From: Candidatus Kerfeldbacteria bacterium | Lineage (GTDB): Bacteria > Patescibacteriota > Patescibacteriia > SBBC01 | Reading direction: 5' to 3' | DNA length: 64,000 bases | NCBI GenBank assembly: GCA_043799405.1 | Contig: JAZDNT010000004.1 | Location: 4,206-68,205 of the forward strand | Shown: one piece after another, positions 57,377-64,000 of the stretch | Position numbering within the stretch: position 1 is the first letter of the stretch | Layout of the letters: the number at the start of each line of letters is the position of its first letter | Notes under the pieces: model-generated | What the model saw: the letters and a program-made list of their open reading frames with translations, nothing else | Told to the model about the DNA's origin: nothing | The model's database searches: none | Made by a program: the position numbers and the translations under genes

Positions 57377-58851
57377 AACCGCTACGAATCTACAATGCCG
57401 CATCCGAGGTCGCGCCATTCTCTAAGAGCGGCGGACTTGGTGACGTAACAGCCGCACTCCCGAAACACGTAGCACGCTTTGGCCACAACGTATCGATCGT
57501 AACGCCTTTCTACGGATTTATGAAGAACCAGAACTTGAAGCTCGAGGACGCTGGGGAGAGCTCCGTCGCGGTCAATGAAAAAACGTATACAATCCGGTAC
57601 AAACGGCTCGCCCTGCGCGATAAGCTCGACGTATTCTTCACTATGAACGAAGAACTGTACGGCAGGTACCAAACGCACATGTATGGACATGAGAACGACG
57701 CGCTTCGCTTCTATGTCTTCGATCATGCTGTTCTCCGCCTCATAGAAATGCGCGGTGAACATCCAGACATCATCCACTGTCATGACTGGCATACAGGGTT
57801 TATCCCGAACCTCATCAGGGCTGACGAACACTTTAGAGAGTACTTTAAGAATACAGCCACGGTCTTTACCATCCATAACATCATCTACCAAATGCAAGGT
57901 AACTGGTGGAACGTCAGGGAAGACCGGGTCGACGATGGTCGTTGCATGCTTCCGAGCGATCCCGGGAAAATCCACTGGATGAACTTCACGCGACGCGGGA
58001 TCATGCACGCCGACGCCATCAACACGGTGAGCGTCCGACATGCCAAGGAAATACTCACTCCGGAGTATGGTCAGGGACTCGACCGCCTCTTGAAACGAAG
58101 GGAAAACGACGTGTATGGCATTGTCAATGGCATTGACTACGCCGTCTTCAATCCGCAGTTCGACCCCATCATCTGGCGCCGATACGACTGGAACTCTCTC
58201 GACAAGAAACTAAAGAACAAACACGAGCTTCAAAAAATGGTCGGGCTTGAGCAGGATACCGATATTCCGCTCATCGGACTTGTCCATCGCCTTACGGAGC
58301 ATAAGGGATTCAACCTTCTCCAGGCGATTCTACCGATCCTGATGCGTCTTAGGCTCCAGATGGTGATTCTCGGCACGGGCGAGCGCGACTATATGCGGAC
58401 GTTCCGAAAAGCGGCGAAACAGTCGCCCGAACGCATCGGGTACCTTGAAATCCCGATGAGTAAAGAGAACGAACAGCAGGCGTCTCGGATCTACGCCGGC
58501 TCTGATATGTTCCTCATGCCGAGTCGATTCGAGCCGTGCGGCGTTTCCCAGCTCATCAGTCTCCGTTACGGCTCAATACCTATCGTACACGAGACGGGCG
58601 GCCTCTCTGATACTATAAAAGACTTTAATCCGCGTACCGAGATTGGAACTGGGTTCGTGTTCTCAAAGTACACGCCGGAAGACCTTCTCATCGCCATTGT
58701 CCGCGCACTGGAAACGTTCAATTATCCGAAGGTCTGGGAGCGTCTCACCTGGCAGGCGATGCAGGAGTCGTACTCATGGGACATTCCCGCAGAAAAGTAC
58801 GTTGAGCTCTACCGTCGCGCACTTAGAACGCACAAAACAAGGGATCAGTAA
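57373..58851 (+). CDS. glgA: Glycogen/starch synthase (GT5)
   Basis: IYNAASEVAPFSKSGGLGDV, HCHDWHTG, PSRFEPCGVSQL. Confidence 0.85.
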   Translation: MKPLRIYNAASEVAPFSKSGGLGDVTAALPKHVARFGHNVSIVTPFYGFMKNQNLKLEDAGESSVAVNEKTYTIRYKRLALRDKLDVFFTMNEELYGRYQTHMYGHENDALRFYVFDHAVLRLIEMRGEHPDIIHCHDWHTGFIPNLIRADEHFREYFKNTATVFTIHNIIYQMQGNWWNVREDRVDDGRCMLPSDPGKIHWMNFTRRGIMHADAINTVSVRHAKEILTPEYGQGLDRLLKRRENDVYGIVNGIDYAVFNPQFDPIIWRRYDWNSLDKKLKNKHELQKMVGLEQDTDIPLIGLVHRLTEHKGFNLLQAILPILMRLRLQMVILGTGERDYMRTFRKAAKQSPERIGYLEIPMSKENEQQASRIYAGSDMFLMPSRFEPCGVSQLISLRYGSIPIVHETGGLSDTIKDFNPRTEIGTGFVFSKYTPEDLLIAIVRALETFNYPKVWERLTWQAMQESYSWDIPAEKYVELYRRALRTHKTRDQ

Positions 58852-58853
58852 CA

Positions 58854-60089
58854 ATGCGCTGGGCTAACTTTTTCCATATTTATCAGCCGCCACACTGGCC
58901 GCGCGCGATTATCCAAAAAGTTGCGAGGGAAAGTTACCGTCCATTGATTCAGTTCTTGCTCGCCCACGAGCATATACGGATCACATTGAACATCAGCGGC
59001 TCGCTGACCGAACAGCTTACCGCCGGATCACAGCACCAAGACATCATTAAAGGTATCCGCACGCTCCTACGGCGCGGACAGATCGAGGTTGTAGACTCGG
59101 CTATGTACCACGCGATCCTCCCCCTGCTTCCGGAGCATGAGATCGTACGTCAGGTACGACTCAACCACTCAACGAACCGAAGGGCGTTCGGCGCCTTGTA
59201 CCATCCCCGCGGCTTCTTCCCGCCAGAGATGGCGTACGGTCCGAGACTCGGAACGATTCTTTCCCGACTTGGGTACTCATGGATCGTGCTCGATGGGATT
59301 AGCCATCCAGGATACGTTGACTACACAAGAAAATACACGATAAAAAATACGAACCTTACCGCGGTTTTCCGCAATCGGTATATCAGCGACTACCTCGCAT
59401 TCGAGATCAAGTTGTCACAAACAAATCGTTTCCTAGATACAGTGCAGCGCTGGAACAACCAACGCGACGTGCTCATCACTGCTATGGACGGAGAAAACCT
59501 CGGCCACCACCGACACGCAGCAAAGCGCGTATGGCAGCGCCTTGTCCATGAGCCTCACGTCGAGACCGTAACAATATCGGAGCTGCTGCAGCTTCTCCCG
59601 GGGCCTGACCGTGTCTCGGTGCGCTCTGCTAGTTGGTCCAGCACGAGCGCCGACATGAAGATGGGCGTCCCTTTCGCGCTCTGGAAACATCCGAAAAATT
59701 CTCTTCACCGCCTGCAGTGGGAGCTGTTCGGAACGGTCTTTGCGCTTGTACAAGAGCGCCGGAAAAAAGGCAGCCTGCCCTCATCGCTTCAAAAACAGTT
59801 CGATCAGACATCATCGAGTGACTGGTTCTGGTGGGCATCACGCGAACCGTGGTGGGACATTGATATTGTTGTTGCCGCAGCGCAACGACTGAGGCTTCTT
59901 GGGGATCAGCTAAACGATAATCCCAACATCGCAGAACGGATGAGGGCCCTCGTTGACCGGATCACCGACACTGCCGAACGATGGAATCGACTAGGTATCG
60001 CTCAGCGTCACGCAGTACGATTCCTAAAAAAAGAAAACTCTCCTCGCTACCTCGGCGGGAAAAGTGTAACATATAGACACGATTTATAA
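58854..60089 (+). CDS. Glycoside hydrolase family 57 protein
   Basis: MRWANFFHIYQPP, TAMDGENLGHHRH, SDWFWWAS. Confidence 0.65.
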   Translation: MRWANFFHIYQPPHWPRAIIQKVARESYRPLIQFLLAHEHIRITLNISGSLTEQLTAGSQHQDIIKGIRTLLRRGQIEVVDSAMYHAILPLLPEHEIVRQVRLNHSTNRRAFGALYHPRGFFPPEMAYGPRLGTILSRLGYSWIVLDGISHPGYVDYTRKYTIKNTNLTAVFRNRYISDYLAFEIKLSQTNRFLDTVQRWNNQRDVLITAMDGENLGHHRHAAKRVWQRLVHEPHVETVTISELLQLLPGPDRVSVRSASWSSTSADMKMGVPFALWKHPKNSLHRLQWELFGTVFALVQERRKKGSLPSSLQKQFDQTSSSDWFWWASREPWWDIDIVVAAAQRLRLLGDQLNDNPNIAERMRALVDRITDTAERWNRLGIAQRHAVRFLKKENSPRYLGGKSVTYRHDL

Positions 60090-60103
60090 CCGGAACGAAC
60101 CGT

Positions 60104-61477
60104 ATGCTATGGGCTAACTTCCTACATTTCTATCAACCCCCGACCCAAAAGCCGTACTGGGTGAAACGGGTAACCGACGAGGCGTACCGTCCGATACTCC
60201 GCGGCATGCTCGAGCACAAACACTCAAGAACAACGATGAACATCAGCTCGATCCTCGTCGAGCTCTGGGAACAGAACGGCGCGCTCGATGTCATCGAGCT
60301 GGTAAAACAGCTTCTTAAAAACGGACAGATCGAGCTTACTGGATCAGCGAAGTACCACCCGTTACTCCCGAGGCTCCCCGACGACGAAATTATTCGGCAA
60401 ATCACGCTCAATACAGAAACTCTCCGTAAGTACTTCGGTGATCTCTATAACCCGCGGGGGTTCTTCCCGCCTGAAATGGGTGTTTCGGACCACCTCGCGC
60501 GCATCGTTGCGAAGGAGGGTTTCGAATGGATCATCATGGACGAACTGTCGTTCAGCCGGACGGTCGGTACCATCGACCATGGCAAGACGTACGTCCTCGA
60601 GGGCGCCCCTGAACTGGAGCTGTACTTCCGCGAGCGCCGAATGAGCTATAAAATTCTCTCAGGACAACTCGGAACCGGCAACCTCCTCGTGGACAGCCTT
60701 GCTGACCGACTCAAGAAACACGAGTACCTCCTCACTGCAATGGATGGGGAAACGTTCGGCCACCATCGCCCCGGTATGGAACACCTCCTCTTCGAAATCT
60801 ACGAATCTAAAGCGATTAAGACTGCCCTCATCTCCGATCTCTCAAGAGAGTTCCCGGAGACGGTCGCGATTCCACTCCTCCCGTCAACATGGGCGCTCAT
60901 GGAAAAGGACCTCGAGCGTAACGTGCCATTCGCCCGGTGGGACGACCACGGCAATGTCATCCACGAAATGCAGTGGCGACTCACCGATCTCGCCATTCGC
61001 ACGATGCACGCCTCGAAACCTGGCTCATTACACTATGACAAGGCCCGCGCGCTCCTTGACCGCGCGCTCCATTCGGATCAGTTCTGGTGGGCGTCGGCAA
61101 AGCCGTGGTGGTCGCTCGAAATGATCGAGCGGGGCGCAATGGAACTGCGCGACGTCGTCATTCTCGCATCTGGTGCAACGGCCAAGGATCGAACACAAGC
61201 GCAACAGCTCTACCTCGATATCATCGTCAAAGGGTTTGACTGGCAGCGAGATGGAACCGTTGATACGCTCTCAAAACAAGAGGATGAAGAGGTCAGACAG
61301 CGGTCCGATCAAGGCATCCCGAAGCTACCAAAGGCGGAAATCGAAAAGATCATAAAGAACCTTGAACGAGAGATGAAGCTGGTCGCTGGACGCCAGGAAT
61401 TTGAGCGTGCTGCTCAGCTCCGTGACCGTATCAAGGAACTTCGCCAGTACGAAGCTCACGACGCACCCGCGAAATGA
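60104..61477 (+). CDS. Glycoside hydrolase family 57 protein with a C-terminal UVR motif
   Basis: MLWANFLHFYQPP, TAMDGETFGHHRP, SDQFWWAS. The C-terminal GRQEFERAAQLRDRIKELRQ is UVR-like. Confidence 0.65.
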   Translation: MLWANFLHFYQPPTQKPYWVKRVTDEAYRPILRGMLEHKHSRTTMNISSILVELWEQNGALDVIELVKQLLKNGQIELTGSAKYHPLLPRLPDDEIIRQITLNTETLRKYFGDLYNPRGFFPPEMGVSDHLARIVAKEGFEWIIMDELSFSRTVGTIDHGKTYVLEGAPELELYFRERRMSYKILSGQLGTGNLLVDSLADRLKKHEYLLTAMDGETFGHHRPGMEHLLFEIYESKAIKTALISDLSREFPETVAIPLLPSTWALMEKDLERNVPFARWDDHGNVIHEMQWRLTDLAIRTMHASKPGSLHYDKARALLDRALHSDQFWWASAKPWWSLEMIERGAMELRDVVILASGATAKDRTQAQQLYLDIIVKGFDWQRDGTVDTLSKQEDEEVRQRSDQGIPKLPKAEIEKIIKNLEREMKLVAGRQEFERAAQLRDRIKELRQYEAHDAPAK

Positions 61478-63507
61478 CCGTTCGCGCACAGCCGCATCTA
61501 TTAACGAACCATCGCTACATGCGACGTGTGTTTGCGCGGCTTGTACGTCGTTACTACCCCCGTGGAACGACGATCGTCTCGCTGAAAGTAAAAGAGGTCG
61601 GCTCGTTCCGCTTTAAGCGCGCACTTCGGTACGAACTAGGACTAAAGGATCCGGCAGGAAGGCCAGCTTCTGTGCTGGTTCGCGGGAACGTTCCGAGCAG
61701 TGATACGCAGAACGAAGCGACGGTCGCGGACCGCGTACAGCGCGCCCTTGCAAAGCACGGGTTCGCGTTCGGTACCCTTCGTTCACCGGTTTCATTCGGT
61801 GTTGTTGCGCCGCTGTGCCTCAACTTATACGAAGAGTGCCCTGGTTTGACCCTTGAGCGGCTATTGCGGACAAACGATAAACGGGCCATTGTCCTCGTTA
61901 AAGACGCGGGCGCCTGGCTAGCAAAACTCCACCAAAAAAAGCTTGGTGTTAGTCCAAAACGGACCCCCGATGACAATATTACTGAAGCGGCTTTCTTCCA
62001 GGATGACGTGATCCGGTACGCCCCGCGCTATTCCGAAAACATGATACGGATTCTTGGCGCCGCTGTACAGAGCCAGCAGTACATTGTATCGAACTTCTCG
62101 CGCACGCTCCGCTCAATCCATGGTGACCTCAACCTCGGAAACGTGCTACGCGGGCGGGATGAATGCACTGGATTCATCGATTTTGGGAGAAGCGTTGTTT
62201 ACGATCCGTTGAGCGACGTCGGTAATTTTCTTGCGCAGTTGGATTTCCTTGCGTGGGAAATGCCCCGCCTCAAACGAGAAAAAAAGGTGCTTTTCGCGGT
62301 ATTCCTCAAAGAGTATAAACGTTGCGTGCACAATCTTGGCCCACGCGTTGCACAAAGAATCGGCTTGCATCATGCGTGGTGGCTGCTCCAAATCCTTGCG
62401 TATAAACTTTCAACGGATGCGCACTTTGGTCGCCGGGTAGCCGGACGAGCGCTTAACGCTACCGCCAACCTTCTCGCGCAAAATAAATTTCCGGTCGCTC
62501 CCCCACTTATAGAAGCGGATCGCTCTACACTACGGATCGCTCTCACAGATACCGCTGTTATGCACGGCTTTTTCCAGAACAAGCTTACGTCATTCTTCCC
62601 TGATACGCAAAAAGTGGAGCGCATAACTATTTCGCAGCCACACGCTCTATCAACAACGAGTTTCCTGACCCGCTATCGGCTCGTTATTATGCTGCCAGAC
62701 GGAAGGCTTGTACAAAAAAATGTTCGTGGTAATTACGTGTCCAAAGAAACGCTACGGATCATGCGGGCGACCTATCATCATACAACCGAATTCTTTGATA
62801 CTATTCGGCCGCTCTACTTCCTTACGCGTCCTGGGTATGTGCTGTACGAAGAGCTGTCAGGGGAATCTCTACGAGCCGTGCCAATACGTTCGCAAAGGTT
62901 CATCGGACTGATCCGACCAATCGCCCGCGCGCTCGCTACATTTCACTCGATCCCTGTTACTAGCATCAAACGTCTTTCTTGGAATAGTGAGCAGGCGCTC
63001 GTTCATAGCAACGCTTCGCGCGCGATGAAGGGCGTTCGATCGGGGCGCCATACAATTCGCAATGCGTACGAAACGCTCGTTCAAGCGGAGCGACCGATAT
63101 GGAGCGCCCATCGCGCAATCGTCCATAACGACTTCCAGGCCAGCAACATTATACAGAACGCGAAGAAGGTCGGTTTCATTGATTTCACTATGAGCGGGGC
63201 GGGCCATCCCGCGATTGACGTTGGAAATTTTCTCGCACACCTGACCGTAATGCTTTACGGAAAAGTAGGACAGCGGCGCGTAACCGCACTACGGAAACTG
63301 TTCATTACAGAATACCTTCGATGGTGTCGTGGGATACGACGAGAGAATTTTCTTTCGGCTGTTTCGGTATTTGAGCTTCGCGGTTCCCTAGATATTCTGG
63401 CTATCACGCTTACGAACCTTGGCACGAACGATCCGAACAGGCGGCGGTACGTTGGCCTTCTGCTGCGCCGGTTCGCCGAACTACGCTGTGGTATAGTACC
63501 AGCATGA
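61474..63507 (+). CDS. Tandem double aminoglycoside-phosphotransferase-fold (APH/maltokinase-like) kinase
   Basis: 677 aa with two catalytic-loop copies: IHGDLNLGNVL..GFIDFGRS and VHNDFQASNII..GFIDFTMS. Confidence 0.6.
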   Translation: MTVRAQPHLLTNHRYMRRVFARLVRRYYPRGTTIVSLKVKEVGSFRFKRALRYELGLKDPAGRPASVLVRGNVPSSDTQNEATVADRVQRALAKHGFAFGTLRSPVSFGVVAPLCLNLYEECPGLTLERLLRTNDKRAIVLVKDAGAWLAKLHQKKLGVSPKRTPDDNITEAAFFQDDVIRYAPRYSENMIRILGAAVQSQQYIVSNFSRTLRSIHGDLNLGNVLRGRDECTGFIDFGRSVVYDPLSDVGNFLAQLDFLAWEMPRLKREKKVLFAVFLKEYKRCVHNLGPRVAQRIGLHHAWWLLQILAYKLSTDAHFGRRVAGRALNATANLLAQNKFPVAPPLIEADRSTLRIALTDTAVMHGFFQNKLTSFFPDTQKVERITISQPHALSTTSFLTRYRLVIMLPDGRLVQKNVRGNYVSKETLRIMRATYHHTTEFFDTIRPLYFLTRPGYVLYEELSGESLRAVPIRSQRFIGLIRPIARALATFHSIPVTSIKRLSWNSEQALVHSNASRAMKGVRSGRHTIRNAYETLVQAERPIWSAHRAIVHNDFQASNIIQNAKKVGFIDFTMSGAGHPAIDVGNFLAHLTVMLYGKVGQRRVTALRKLFITEYLRWCRGIRRENFLSAVSVFELRGSLDILAITLTNLGTNDPNRRRYVGLLLRRFAELRCGIVPA

Positions 63508-64000
63508 AAGTACTATTCGTCGCATCCGAGGTTGCTCCCTACGCAAAAATTGGGGGCGTCGCCGATGTGATCGGGGCACTCCCGATTGAGCTGAAAAACC
63601 TAGGCATCGATGTCGGTATTATTATTCCGCGCTATGAAAAATTGACCGAAACACCCGCCCTCGAGGTACTTCTCCACGATGTTGAGGTCCACGTCAGCAA
63701 AACGGAACGCTGCACCGTGTATCGCGGCACACTTCCGCATTCCGATATACCGGTGTACTTCATTGAGAACATACAACACTTAAGCCGTGGGCCAATTTAC
63801 AATGAGCACGGCGATGTCAACCCGTTTTCCGAAATGACCAGATTCCTGTTCTTTTCGGCTGCTGTTACATCAGCGCTACCGCTGCTCGGATGGAAACCCC
63901 ATGTAATACACTGCCACGACTGGCATACCGCCGTAGTCCCAGCGCTCCTCAAGGCCTCAGGAAACCACGATGCTAGCACGCTTCTTACGATCCACAATAT
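63504..64000 (+). CDS. glgA: Second glycogen synthase (GT5), 3'-truncated by window edge (absent from ORF track)
   Basis: The ATG at 63504 overlaps the preceding TGA. Manual translation gives MKVLFVASEVAPYAKIGGVADVIGALP..HCHDWHTA. Confidence 0.8.
   Translation, partial: MKVLFVASEVAPYAKIGGVADVIGALPIELKNLGIDVGIIIPRYEKLTETPALEVLLHDVEVHVSKTERCTVYRGTLPHSDIPVYFIENIQHLSRGPIYNEHGDVNPFSEMTRFLFFSAAVTSALPLLGWKPHVIHCHDWHTAVVPALLKASGNHDASTLLTIHN

Overview
This is a gene-dense 64-kb fragment using the standard genetic code, with many ATGA/GTGA start-stop overlaps. The gene content suggests an uncultivated small-genome bacterium (CPR/Patescibacteria-like; inference only): four TrbC/VirB2-like pilin paralogs, DUF2079 plus a run of GT-C membrane proteins, GH57/GlgA glycogen genes, and almost no biosynthesis. 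Layout: 1-0.4 kb holds an AT-rich, edge-truncated RNase HI. 0.4-7 kb is an accessory-looking patch with GC-rich hairpin leaders, small orphan ORFs and a high-GC island. 7.4-10.9 kb holds a TrmB regulator, an EndoQ-like PHP nuclease and a methyltransferase. 10.9-11.4 kb holds tRNA-Ser(CGA) embedded in tRNA-derived debris. 13.2-17.1 kb holds two ABC exporters. 17.5-37.0 kb is the standout. It has ten full-length paralogs plus one chimeric paralog that all end in a PEP-utilizer phosphohistidine swivel domain. They are interspersed with HD, HAD and two histidine-phosphatase genes and closed by one stand-alone PPDK_N ATP-grasp gene; no PEP/pyruvate TIM-barrel domain occurs anywhere in the window. 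37-42 kb holds GalU, a solute-binding protein and the pilin paralogs. 42-54 kb is an envelope glycosylation cluster. 54-64 kb holds PGI/PMI, YebC-RuvC and a glycogen operon. I propose the 17.5-37 kb array as a split, multiplexed RPH/PpsA-like dikinase system, with one ATP-grasp module serving many substrate-recognition plus His-carrier modules. No CRISPR array, rRNA, transposase or integrase gene was seen. All homology calls are motif recognition by eye, with no database search.
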